Shown one piece after another: positions 9,011-18,412 of a DNA stretch of 64,000 nt. The stretch lies in the IMG/VR virus record IMGVR_UViG_3300045988_183511, one strand, 5' to 3'. The notes beneath the pieces were generated by a model. That model ran no database searches. It was not told where the DNA came from and was given only the letters and a program-made list of their open reading frames with translations. The DNA is from a virus. A program made the translations under genes and the position numbers. Each line of letters begins with the position of its first letter. The stretch's first letter is position 1.

Positions 9011-10056
9011 AAAGCAGCCTCATTTACTGTCATTTCATATTTTCCCATCATTACCTTCACCCGTTCTTCCATCTCCCTCATATACTCTTCCATATACGCC
9101 CAGTCAGGCTGACCTGTCTTGTCCTTGGGAAGCAAAATGACATCCTTGAGTAACTTCGTCCCCGTACACATTTCAGAGAAAGCGTATTTATCGGTAGTTA
9201 CTCGCTCAATAGCGCATCCGATAAACTGCATACAATGTTTAGTCATAGGCATTCTAGGCATAAGGATATTAACTCGACCATGGGACACAGCATAATACGG
9301 TTGCTCTTGATAGAATACTTTGCCAAACATATCTACGGTCAACGTATTTGCTTCCCAAAGACGGGCATTCTTGTTATCAATGAGCGCAATAATCCCATTA
9401 TTCTCTTTTCCAGACGACACGAGGGGGGTATTTCCTTCCACAATGACCTTGGGCTGAATGTCGTCTTTTGATAGAGCTGCGTCAAACAACTCCCCTACCC
9501 GGAACTCTCCCCACTCCCTCGCATCCACCTTTTTCTTCTCCGCATTCTTCGCAGCCTGCAGCAGGGTCAGCGACTCGGCGACTTGAGTTTCAAGGTTTGC
9601 TATGTAGGATTCCATATAAGCCCAATCGGGGTCGCCGTCAGGGGTGGTGGGGAGTTTAACCCTAAGGTTTCTTACTCTATCCACGCTCATTTTAAAGCCA
9701 AGCCAACCAAATTCAGCTCTCTTTCCAAAAATGATAGCGCAAAGAAAGAGCGCATTATATTTGTTAAGTGGGGTATGTGGCAAGGGAGTTAAAGTCGAAA
9801 CAATATTCGATGTGGTAAAAGCTTCTTCTTGATAAAAAGACGCTCCCATTGCACCGTCGGAAGCAACTGTAATGCAATTACCTTGATGTGTGGCTTCTTC
9901 GCAAGTGTTTGTAATCCCGTTGTTGAATCCACTGGTCGTAATATAGTTAACCGTTCCTGTTCCTAACTCGTCCTTTGCGTGAAACCTTCCATACTCGACC
10001 TTAAAGTAATCTCCAATCCGAAACTCCTTCCATTCGGAAGTATCAATCTTCCCCAT
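9007..10056 (-). CDS. restriction-modification specificity subunit with two target-recognition domains (BcgI-B / HsdS-like)
   Basis: ORF track; duplicated halves each ending in the conserved PDWAYMESYI / PDWAYMEEYM helix typical of S subunits. Confidence 0.7.
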   Translation of the reverse strand: MGKIDTSEWKEFRIGDYFKVEYGRFHAKDELGTGTVNYITTSGFNNGITNTCEEATHQGNCITVASDGAMGASFYQEEAFTTSNIVSTLTPLPHTPLNKYNALFLCAIIFGKRAEFGWLGFKMSVDRVRNLRVKLPTTPDGDPDWAYMESYIANLETQVAESLTLLQAAKNAEKKKVDAREWGEFRVGELFDAALSKDDIQPKVIVEGNTPLVSSGKENNGIIALIDNKNARLWEANTLTVDMFGKVFYQEQPYYAVSHGRVNILMPRMPMTKHCMQFIGCAIERVTTDKYAFSEMCTGTKLLKDVILLPKDKTGQPDWAYMEEYMREMEERVKVMMGKYEMTVNEAAL

Positions 10057-11863
10057 TATTGTCCTCTCCCTTCTCCACCAGAATGTTCGTGCCTTCCTCA
10101 GTGCCGGTCACTGTCGAACCGTAGAGCACCTTCTGCAGCAACTTGTCCCCGAACTCCTTGGCGTTGATGCCGCGCTTGTACATCTCGTAGTCCATCACGG
10201 TCTTGATGAAATCTTCCTCGTACAATTCAAAAGGCTTCTCCGGCATCTGATAGGACAGATGTTCAGCCGGATTGATAAGCTGGCGGGTGTTGTAGCGGTC
10301 ATCGTTGTCATCCTGTATTGCCTTGACCCAGTAATCTTCCAGCGCAGGCCACTTATCATGTACATCCTGCCGACCCTTGTTCTTGACCGTCTCCAGACCG
10401 TCATCAGCCACATAGTAGCCCTTGATGTTGCGCCCATTCTGAGGCTTGCCAGTCTCGAAGATGAAGATAGAAGTAGTAACGCCCAGACCGAAGAAAAGGT
10501 TCTCAGGCAGCTTGATGATGGTGGTCAGAGTATGGCGTTCCAGCAAGGCTTTCAACTTGGATTCCTTCTCCATCTTCTTATCCGGGAGAATGAAGGCACA
10601 CTTTGTACCTGCAGGAACGCTATCCAACACATTGGCAACGATTGTTGCACAACCGTATCGTCTCTCGTAAGGCGGGTTCATCAGGGTTTTCGTGATTTTC
10701 TGTTTCCGAATCCATTCAGTCGCCTCAGCCGAAGTGGCATCCATCTGCACAAGGTTTGTCTTACCGTCCTTGTGAATCATCATGTTGGCACAGGCCAGAG
10801 CGTAGACTTTCCGGTACATCTCGATACCGAACAACTGCTCAGACTTGATTTGCTTCGCCTTGCTGGTATTGCTGCCGCCTGCCTCACGAATCATATTGCA
10901 CATGCTCTTAACGAGGAAGGTGCCGGAACCACAGGTGGCATCCAGAACCCGGTCATTCATATTCACATCAATGAGTCGGTACATAAACGATGCAATATGG
11001 TCAGGAGTAAACACCTGTCCCGCCTGAGCCTTACCACGGTAGCGGTTGAACTCATTGAAGAAGATAGCCATGACATCTTCGCCATTCCAGTTATCGGAGT
11101 TGACGAGGTCGGCAATCTGGCAGACATTGTCGATGAAATCGTTGATGGCTTCCTGATTTTCCGTAATAGACATACGGACAGAGGCATACTCCTCCAAGAG
11201 TACATCCAGCTTGCTATTCTGCTTCTTATCATCTTCCAGAGCCTTAGACAGGGCACTGTAAATCCAGTTATGGAAGGTGCTGTAATCCATGTCTTTCAGC
11301 TTTTGAAGACCGTTCTGAGGGTTGTAACGCTGGGCGACAAGGGCACAAGCTGTGAAAATCATCCGGTCCTGCAAGTCCGTCATGCCGAACTTGAAATGCA
11401 GGCTGTTGTTGATTTTCTGCGTGATTTCGAAGATGTAGTTACTATCCAGTTTCTGGCTCGTACACAGGCGGATATAGTAGTCCTTGTTTTCCAAGCGCTT
11501 GGACGCATCAGACAGCTCGATTTTGTTCTTGAACACGCGGATAGCACTGCCGCTATAAAGAATACCGATGGTCTTGGAGTATTTCTTGGCAACTACATCG
11601 ATGTTCTTGAACAGTTCCTTGACATGCTTTTCCTTGGAAACGCCTTCTGTTTCCGATTTTGTCTCCAGAATAATGGCTGGTTTGCTGGCGTCATCCGGCA
11701 GATACCAGCCATCCGGCTTGTCATTGCAGCCACGGAACCCCAACTGGTTGAAGGTAGTGATTTGCCCAGTCCCCTGCTGCACTCCATCTTCGGTCTTATC
11801 AAAGCCAAGAACCAGCTTGGCACTGTCACGAACTTCGTCTTCCGTGCGAAATGCTTTTACCAT
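10043..11863 (-). CDS. restriction endonuclease-N6-adenine methyltransferase fusion (BcgI-A-like Type IIB, about 607 aa)
   Basis: ORF track; N-terminal PD-(D/E)xK-like PDGWY...ILETK; MTase motif I DATCGSGTFLV and motif IV NPPY; start set to MVKAFR (AGGAGA RBS). Confidence 0.65.
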   Translation of the reverse strand: MVKAFRTEDEVRDSAKLVLGFDKTEDGVQQGTGQITTFNQLGFRGCNDKPDGWYLPDDASKPAIILETKSETEGVSKEKHVKELFKNIDVVAKKYSKTIGILYSGSAIRVFKNKIELSDASKRLENKDYYIRLCTSQKLDSNYIFEITQKINNSLHFKFGMTDLQDRMIFTACALVAQRYNPQNGLQKLKDMDYSTFHNWIYSALSKALEDDKKQNSKLDVLLEEYASVRMSITENQEAINDFIDNVCQIADLVNSDNWNGEDVMAIFFNEFNRYRGKAQAGQVFTPDHIASFMYRLIDVNMNDRVLDATCGSGTFLVKSMCNMIREAGGSNTSKAKQIKSEQLFGIEMYRKVYALACANMMIHKDGKTNLVQMDATSAEATEWIRKQKITKTLMNPPYERRYGCATIVANVLDSVPAGTKCAFILPDKKMEKESKLKALLERHTLTTIIKLPENLFFGLGVTTSIFIFETGKPQNGRNIKGYYVADDGLETVKNKGRQDVHDKWPALEDYWVKAIQDDNDDRYNTRQLINPAEHLSYQMPEKPFELYEEDFIKTVMDYEMYKRGINAKEFGDKLLQKVLYGSTVTGTEEGTNILVEKGEDNNGED

Positions 11864-11983
11864 AATAGATTCTCCTAAAATTAAAATCCCCACGCAGACA
11901 TTTTCATCCGCATGGGGACCACAAAAGAAAGAGCCGCAGAAACATAATCTCTGCGGCTTACACTTATTTATCTTATATTTCCC

Positions 11984-12011
11984 ATCATATTCAATTCGCA
12001 CGGATGCACAA
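11984..12011 (-). promoter_or_regulatory. minus-strand promoter, motif copy (TTGTGC-atc-CGTGCGAAT-tgaa-TATGAT) for the RM operon
   Basis: read on minus strand about 120 nt upstream of RM gene start. Confidence 0.5.
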
Positions 12012-12113
12012 GGCAAAAATATGGCAAATCGTGGCAAAACTGTGGCATAGACAAGACGCACAGGGCACGTTCCGTCATGGGGTAGCAAAGGCTCGGAAAT
12101 CAACCGCTTTGCC

Positions 12114-12233
12114 CAAATATGTCATCTTGTGTGTTTTATTGCCATTTGTTGTAAATTAGCGCTTGCTTTTTAGTACGAGATGTGCTATTATAATTACAGA
12201 AGATGACATTATTATACAGCAAATGACATATCC
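12114..12233. promoter_or_regulatory. divergent control region with nested inverted repeats (ATATGTCATCTT / AAGATGACAT / ATGACATAT)
   Basis: 10-bp inverted repeat arms about 80 bp apart plus an inner ATGTCAT/ATGACAT pair, between the RM operon and the plus-strand 628-aa gene; TATAAT at 12189-12194 for the plus gene. Confidence 0.35.
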
Positions 12234-12247
12234 GAAAGGAGTACACC

Positions 12248-14134
12248 ATGATTTCTGTTAACCTCGCCACGCCCGTGATTTTCTATAAGCAGCTGCCCGG
12301 CATCGCTAAGAAGCTGGATGTGGATGCTGATTTTTTGAAAGGCTTTCTCACCAACGCCAGGTGTTATGTCGAGGATGCCGGAAAAGGTGAAGTGCTTGAG
12401 CTGGACAACTCGGCCGACACGATAACGAAAGTTGTCGCAGCCCATGAGAAGCGTTTCTATGGCGCGGAAGCCATTGTGGAATTCGCCAAGAGCAAAGGCG
12501 TGGATATTCCTGCACTGAACCATTTTGAACTTGGTGCAGATATCTCTGCCCATGCAACGGAAGACCAAGTTGCCAACATCACTGCATTGGCCGCACGAGT
12601 CGAGCGCCTCAATAATCGGTACAAGAGTCTTGCCCGGCTTGAAGCCCCGGACGTCATCCTGATGAACGAAGCAAGGATGGTGCGTGACGCAGTAGAGCAG
12701 CTGGAAGATAACAGCGGTACATACTCCCCGGCTCTTGACCAGAACGGGGTTGCCTATCAATCCTTGAAGGATATTGGGTATTCTCTTGTCACCGGTTGGG
12801 ACAAGTCGGTACTTGAAAAGAACAGCAATAAGGATACGGAGGCCACCTTTCCCAAAGAGCCCGACTTTCAAAGGCTGGCATCGCTGGTTAAAAAAGCCAT
12901 CGGAACCCGAACACAGGGTAAGTTTGCGTTTCAGGCAGGACTGACTCGTGGATATATCAGTAACCTTGCGAACGGCAACGCAAAAGCTCAGCCGACCGAG
13001 AATACCATCAAGAAAATTGCAAGCGCAACGGATGCTGTCACGGAGAACGAGCTTCGTATCGCCTGTGGGTATGAGCCCTTGCCTGACGACGGGAAAGACA
13101 AGCTCTCTATGCAGCGTGCAAGCATGTCTGATGACGCATGGCAGAAAGACAACGTGGATGCATTCCTCTCTTTTCTGAATGAAACGATTCCAATGTCCAC
13201 TCCTCTTTCGTCCACTGAAATTCTTCAAGCTCTTTTCAAGGAAAAATACGGTGACAAGAACGACCAGATTCTGCTGGAGAAGGTCTCTGCCCCCGGCACC
13301 TATCGTGCGGAAGGTACGGCTGCTAATGTCATTCTACCCATTCGTCTTTGTTGGTTCAGCTTCAAGCGGATGCTGATGCAGACCCTCTATGTGGGACTTA
13401 TCGGGCATTACAGCAAAAACGATGAGCTGTATATCACCGGATACATTTCTTCTGTGAAAGAACTGCGTGAGGCTGTCCCGGCACTTCGCGGTGGCATTGA
13501 TGCGGCTTATGACGCGAGCCTTCCGGAGGGAATCGACATTATGAAGTTCCCGGTATTTTACACGGCTTCCAATGTTCAGGAAGCATACAAGCGGGTCCAG
13601 CAGAAAATCGTCTCCAAAATTGACGATTACTTTGCCAGCGAAGTGAAGGTTCGCGTTTCCGGCATCGGCTTTTATACCGATACCCTCTCGGATGAAAAGT
13701 TTGTGGAATTCATGCGCTTTCATAAAGCAGCGCTGACCGCTCCTTCTGCTCCTATCGAACTCCGGGACATCTATGAAAACGTTGTTGAACGTCACGGCCA
13801 CCCTGAGGATTTCCTTGTGGAAGACAGCGACTTTGACTGTAAGGCTTCCGTTATCGCCTATGCGATGAACAATGAGACGGTTCTCTGTGCAGGACAGGAC
13901 ATCTTTGACGGGATGCTGGGCAGCAAAGAAACCGATGCAGAAAATTGCTCTTGCGTTTCTGTCTCTGACAAAGAGTTTGCCCGTCTGCATTCCAAGTTTG
14001 GCCTCAAGAGAGAGGACGTTCTAGAAGCTATCAAGGCATACGCGCAGGAGCTCGGTCTGGAGTACGGCCCCGTCAACTACTTCATGATGTGTGACCCGAA
14101 ATATGCAAATGACCTTGGCGAAGTTGTTCAGTGA
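12248..14134 (+). CDS. large hypothetical protein with central XRE-type HTH
   Basis: ORF track; KFAFQAGLTRGYISNLANG helix-turn-helix; AGGAG RBS. Confidence 0.45.
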   Translation: MISVNLATPVIFYKQLPGIAKKLDVDADFLKGFLTNARCYVEDAGKGEVLELDNSADTITKVVAAHEKRFYGAEAIVEFAKSKGVDIPALNHFELGADISAHATEDQVANITALAARVERLNNRYKSLARLEAPDVILMNEARMVRDAVEQLEDNSGTYSPALDQNGVAYQSLKDIGYSLVTGWDKSVLEKNSNKDTEATFPKEPDFQRLASLVKKAIGTRTQGKFAFQAGLTRGYISNLANGNAKAQPTENTIKKIASATDAVTENELRIACGYEPLPDDGKDKLSMQRASMSDDAWQKDNVDAFLSFLNETIPMSTPLSSTEILQALFKEKYGDKNDQILLEKVSAPGTYRAEGTAANVILPIRLCWFSFKRMLMQTLYVGLIGHYSKNDELYITGYISSVKELREAVPALRGGIDAAYDASLPEGIDIMKFPVFYTASNVQEAYKRVQQKIVSKIDDYFASEVKVRVSGIGFYTDTLSDEKFVEFMRFHKAALTAPSAPIELRDIYENVVERHGHPEDFLVEDSDFDCKASVIAYAMNNETVLCAGQDIFDGMLGSKETDAENCSCVSVSDKEFARLHSKFGLKREDVLEAIKAYAQELGLEYGPVNYFMMCDPKYANDLGEVVQ

Positions 14135-14170
14135 GTTGTTCTGAATGCGGCAAGGTGATTCGCTGCCATA

Positions 14171-14623
14171 ATGGATGAGGTGTTTCCTATGACACAAACC
14201 GATACCAATACCCGTATTACCGGCCTTGGCTTTTACTTGGATGAAATCGAAAAGCCGATATTTTGCATTTTTCTTGAGAATCATCGTCAGACTATAGATG
14301 CCATGAGCGCATCTGCTTCTGTTCGTGCATTTCTTGACCGTATATGTCTCGATAACGGCCGCATTAACTACGATGAGGCGGATAGGCTTTTGGCGAAAGA
14401 TGAGGATTGTGCTTTGCTCGGTAAATGTCTTGCCTCCGCCCTTAATCACGAATTTGGAGAAGAGTTGCTCTCCTGCCACTATAGCAGCTCAACTGATATT
14501 AACCGTCCGTGCCTTATCCTTTTACCTGAAAAAGTCAAGGATGAACCGGCCATAGCATGTGTGCAAAAGGCAGCAAATGAGCTGCTCGTCGATTTCGAGC
14601 ATGTGTGCCACGACACCCACTAA
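14171..14623 (+). CDS. hypothetical protein (150 aa)
   Basis: ORF track; follows 12248..14134 on same strand. Confidence 0.35.
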   Translation: MDEVFPMTQTDTNTRITGLGFYLDEIEKPIFCIFLENHRQTIDAMSASASVRAFLDRICLDNGRINYDEADRLLAKDEDCALLGKCLASALNHEFGEELLSCHYSSSTDINRPCLILLPEKVKDEPAIACVQKAANELLVDFEHVCHDTH

Positions 14624-14695
14624 ACAAAAAAAGAAGGCTGCTACCCGTGATGGGCGGCAGCCTTTTGTCTTAAAAAAGGAAATGACTCGCAAATA

Positions 14696-15148
14696 TTATT
14701 TACTCGTTTGTTTTTTTAGCTTGTCCCTCGTTTCCATCAGAATAATCCCAAGCCGGTTCTGACCCGGGATGTTCCGGCATTTCGGGCAATGGCAGTTTCC
14801 CCAGTAGTTATCGTGCCAACTGGTGGTATCTTCCTCGATTGGCTGCGTTCCCGTTTCGAGGAGACGCTGCTTGAGGTCTTTATTCTGTTCGAATTTAGCC
14901 ATCACCACGCGGCGCATTACATCGTCCCGGGTTTCGTCCCAGTTGGCAGGGAAAGCCACATGACGGCCAAAATGCTTAGCCGTTGCCGGAGGCATGTCTG
15001 AAAATTGTTTGCGCTCTTCCAGCGGAACCTTGTGGCTCTGAAACGCTGCTTCGGCATTCTTGTAACGAATCCCATTCATCACAAATTCGCAAGAATAATA
15101 GTTACTCATAAACCAGTAGCGAGGGGTATCTTTTCTGAATCGAATCAT
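14696..15148 (-). CDS. NADAR (YbiA/DUF1768-like) domain protein, predicted ADP-ribose/NAD-related hydrolase
   Basis: ORF track; WFMSNYYSCEF..GIRYKNAEAAFQSHK matches the NADAR signature F.SN.....F......Y...E..FQ..K. Confidence 0.6.
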   Translation of the reverse strand: MIRFRKDTPRYWFMSNYYSCEFVMNGIRYKNAEAAFQSHKVPLEERKQFSDMPPATAKHFGRHVAFPANWDETRDDVMRRVVMAKFEQNKDLKQRLLETGTQPIEEDTTSWHDNYWGNCHCPKCRNIPGQNRLGIILMETRDKLKKQTSK

Positions 15149-15169
15149 ACGAATCTCCTATTCTCTATC

Positions 15170-15724
15170 TCATGCGGCGGTTTTATTGCCGCTGTTCTTT
15201 TTCTCTACTGCTGTACTCAAAAGACCATCAAACAACTCAACTGCCGTAGACACAAACAGCTGGCTCTGAACCGAGATTTTTCCCGGCTCCGGAGTCCGCT
15301 CTTTCATGTGCGCAGCAGCATTATAAATTGCCGCCAAAACCCCATGCTTCATCAAAACCACTTCTCTGATATCGGGACTTTCAGCGGCAAGGAAGCTGGC
15401 GAGGTTGTAGGCCCGCCCAAGCATCAGCTCATCGTACAGCGGAGCATTGTGCTGGACCATGGTAGTGTAAACAGCAGGTTGTTCTCCGAAAGTGCTGAAT
15501 CGGATGCCTCGGAATCCAGAATTCAGCTCATACAAAAGCGCGAGGCGTTCGGTTAGAAATACTGCCGTCTCAGCAGTCTTCTTTGCCGTTTTATCAGATA
15601 ACGGAGCGGCATTGTTCTGCTGTGCCGCGTGCAGAATTTTTTTGGCTAAAAGCCGTTTCGTATATTCCTGCACATCGTGGTCAAGCTCATAGTAAATGTG
15701 GCTTGCCGTCTTGTTTGTACGCAT
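15170..15724 (-). CDS. hypothetical protein (184 aa)
   Basis: ORF track. Confidence 0.4.
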   Translation of the reverse strand: MRTNKTASHIYYELDHDVQEYTKRLLAKKILHAAQQNNAAPLSDKTAKKTAETAVFLTERLALLYELNSGFRGIRFSTFGEQPAVYTTMVQHNAPLYDELMLGRAYNLASFLAAESPDIREVVLMKHGVLAAIYNAAAHMKERTPEPGKISVQSQLFVSTAVELFDGLLSTAVEKKNSGNKTAA

Positions 15725-15728
15725 CTTG

Positions 15729-17924
15729 TTACCTCCTGGTTCTTGCCGCCTTCTGTTGTTCGACCCACGCTTCGGCTTCCTCTACTGTGGCATACACTGC
15801 CGTCTCACCGCGCCGGGCAATCTGCTTTTGGGCATTCTGAGCTGCCTGCTCACTCTTGTAAGTTTCATAGCCAATGTAGGACCCATCCCATCGGGCAAGG
15901 CAGCAATAATATTCGTGGCTCTTAGCGGGAGCTGTCGGGACAAAGGGAGGAGGTACTGCGGGTGTTGCCTGAGTCGGCTGTGCGGCAGGAATCGGTGTTC
16001 CAGTCTTTCTGGCAATTAGATTCTGCTTTTCTGCCATCCATGCATCAGCTTCCTTCGTACAATAGAAGTACTTTGCTTCGCAAGTATTGAACAGTGAATA
16101 ATACAGATTCAACATTTCTTTTTCACTGTTGCAGACCTTCTTGCGAGCCAAATTGTAGCTTGCATCGTAGTAGCAGCAGATGAAAGCATCCCCACGCGGT
16201 GCTTTCTTCGTCTCATCTTCCTTGTAGTCTGGATACAGCTTGGCGAGGTCTTCTGCCGTATTCTTTTCCGGGTCCAGCGTGGATGCGTCGAACCCATTCG
16301 GAAGTTTCCAGTCATGAGAACTGATGATGTCCAAAAAGCTGCTTGCATAGCGCAATGTCCAGCGCCCAACATGGACGAACCCAAAACTTTCAAGACACCG
16401 AATCTGTTTCGGGGTAGCCATTCCGCTGGCTCTGCGAGCAATGAGTCGTTTGAGAATTGCAGCGGCAAGGCCCTGAGATTTGATGGCATCCCCTTTTACG
16501 CCGTAGCACGAAATACTATCGATGATGTCATCGGAAGGCTCCTGCCTCTCACTCTCAAACATCGGCTGATAATCGTTGAGTTCCGGCGCTTCGATGCTGA
16601 AAATGTACTGCAGCGGGTCAACCAATCCTCTCGGCTTTTGACGCTGTGCCTTGAGCTTGCGCTGAATCGTATCCTGCTTTTCGAGTTCACACAGTGCTTT
16701 CCGCTTTTCCTCGTCCAGCTCAGTCTGTGCTTCCTCGATTGCCTCAATCAGCCCCAATTCGGGACTCCCGAAATTCTCCTGGCTATTCGAACCGGTGAGT
16801 GCCGCATCCGCCAACATATCGGTGGTCTTTTGTGCCACTTCCGGGTCTTCACAGAAAATATCAGCAGGATGGCAAAGACTATGTTTCTTTGTCAGCCACA
16901 GGAAATCCAGCACGAGAAGATTCTTTTTCCCTTCACATAGGCGTGTTCCGCGTCCCACAATCTGCGCATACAGGCTACGGCTCTTGGTAGGACGCAAGCA
17001 GATGATACAGTCAACGGTCGGGCAATCCCAGCCTTCCGTCAGGAGCATCGCGTTCGTCAGCGCCTTGTACTCGCCATTGTCAAACCCTTTCAGAACGTCC
17101 TTCCGGTCCGCAGACGCGCCGTTGACTTCTGCGGTCTTGAAGTTTCGCTTATTGAGGATATTACACAGTCTTTTGCTGATTCGTACCAGAGGCGTAAAGA
17201 TGACAGTCTTTCGGTTCTGGCATTCTCGCACAATGGCATCCGCAATCGTGTCCAGATACAGGTCAAGAACATTGCCGAGGTCCTGAGCACTGAAATCACC
17301 GGCATTGATATGAACCTTGCTGATGTCTACCTCGACCGGAATTGTCTTCGTGTTAATTTTGCAGAGATATCCTTCCCGAATTGCATCCGGGAGCTTATAT
17401 TCAAATGCAAGACTATCAAAGATATCAGATAGGGATTTCATGTCGCTTCGGTCGGGTGTTGCGGTCACGCCCAACACTTTGGCATCGATGAAATGCTCGA
17501 GAATTCCCTTGTAAGTTTTGGCTGCCGTGTGATGCGCTTCATCAATGATGATAGTCCCGAAATAATCACGCGGATACTTCATTAACCGATTCTGCTTAGA
17601 GAGAGTCTGAACACTGGCAACCACGACCATCTTATCGGAATCGAGCGCCGAGCTTTGCGCTTTCTCTAACGCGGTCTCTAGCCCCGTCACCATCTTGAGC
17701 TTGTCGCTTGCCTGCTGTAAAAGCTCTTCCCGGTGCGCAAGAATCAAAACGTGTTCGCCCTTTGCCACCTGGTCGTTCACGATGCTTGCAAACACAATAG
17801 TTTTGCCGGTTCCGGTCGGCATCACAACCAGCGTTTTCTTATTCCCGGCATCCCACTCTCTATGAATCGCCGCAGCAGCTTTCTGCTGATATGGCCGTGG
17901 GTCAATCTTCTTTGTTGTAATCAT
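15729..17924 (-). CDS. superfamily 2 DEAD/DEAH-box helicase with long C-terminal extension
   Basis: ORF track; Walker A MPTGTGKT, DEAH box IIIDEAHH, TATPDRSD, motif VI QIVGRGTRL. Confidence 0.65.
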   Translation of the reverse strand: MITTKKIDPRPYQQKAAAAIHREWDAGNKKTLVVMPTGTGKTIVFASIVNDQVAKGEHVLILAHREELLQQASDKLKMVTGLETALEKAQSSALDSDKMVVVASVQTLSKQNRLMKYPRDYFGTIIIDEAHHTAAKTYKGILEHFIDAKVLGVTATPDRSDMKSLSDIFDSLAFEYKLPDAIREGYLCKINTKTIPVEVDISKVHINAGDFSAQDLGNVLDLYLDTIADAIVRECQNRKTVIFTPLVRISKRLCNILNKRNFKTAEVNGASADRKDVLKGFDNGEYKALTNAMLLTEGWDCPTVDCIICLRPTKSRSLYAQIVGRGTRLCEGKKNLLVLDFLWLTKKHSLCHPADIFCEDPEVAQKTTDMLADAALTGSNSQENFGSPELGLIEAIEEAQTELDEEKRKALCELEKQDTIQRKLKAQRQKPRGLVDPLQYIFSIEAPELNDYQPMFESERQEPSDDIIDSISCYGVKGDAIKSQGLAAAILKRLIARRASGMATPKQIRCLESFGFVHVGRWTLRYASSFLDIISSHDWKLPNGFDASTLDPEKNTAEDLAKLYPDYKEDETKKAPRGDAFICCYYDASYNLARKKVCNSEKEMLNLYYSLFNTCEAKYFYCTKEADAWMAEKQNLIARKTGTPIPAAQPTQATPAVPPPFVPTAPAKSHEYYCCLARWDGSYIGYETYKSEQAAQNAQKQIARRGETAVYATVEEAEAWVEQQKAARTRR

Positions 17925-17979
17925 ATTTCACCCAAAAAACAAGCAGGCCCGAAATGAGCCTGCCTTACTTTTTCTCAAT

Positions 17980-18177
17980 TTAGTTCATTGCCCGCTGCAT
18001 CACAAATATAATGCCGGTTGCCAAAACCATAACGCCAATGTCTCTGACAACGGTTCCGACCCGTTTATCATTGGTAATGTCCTGATTCCATTCAAATCCC
18101 CAACCAATCATAGCGACACCAACCACAATCAAAATAACACCAACAATCGTTAAGCTTTCTTCTGATAAACCGTACAT
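17980..18177 (-). CDS. small membrane protein (about 65 aa)
   Basis: ORF track 17980..18276 with start reset to MYGLSEE (GGAAAGGAAA RBS); two predicted TM helices. Confidence 0.35.
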   Translation of the reverse strand: MYGLSEESLTIVGVILIVVGVAMIGWGFEWNQDITNDKRVGTVVRDIGVMVLATGIIFVMQRAMN

Positions 18178-18265
18178 AGTGCATTTCCTTTCCGCAAACA
18201 AAAAAGTCCCGCACAAACAACTCATGCGGGACAACGATAAGATATATTTTTGGTTTATATTTTTC

Positions 18266-18293
18266 ATTGTACGCAATTCGCACAGATTGACAA
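18266..18293 (-). promoter_or_regulatory. minus-strand promoter, best motif copy (TTGTCA-atc-TGTGCGAAT-tgcg-TACAAT)
   Basis: read on minus strand about 90 nt upstream of small membrane gene. Confidence 0.55.
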
Positions 18294-18412
18294 TAGAAAA
18301 TTACAAAAAAATTCCCGCATGAGCGTCGCTGCTCACACGGGAAAAAATTTCTTAATATTGGGTATTTATTATTTTTGGTGGGATTTCTTACGAAAATTGG
18401 TGGTCTACTAAT

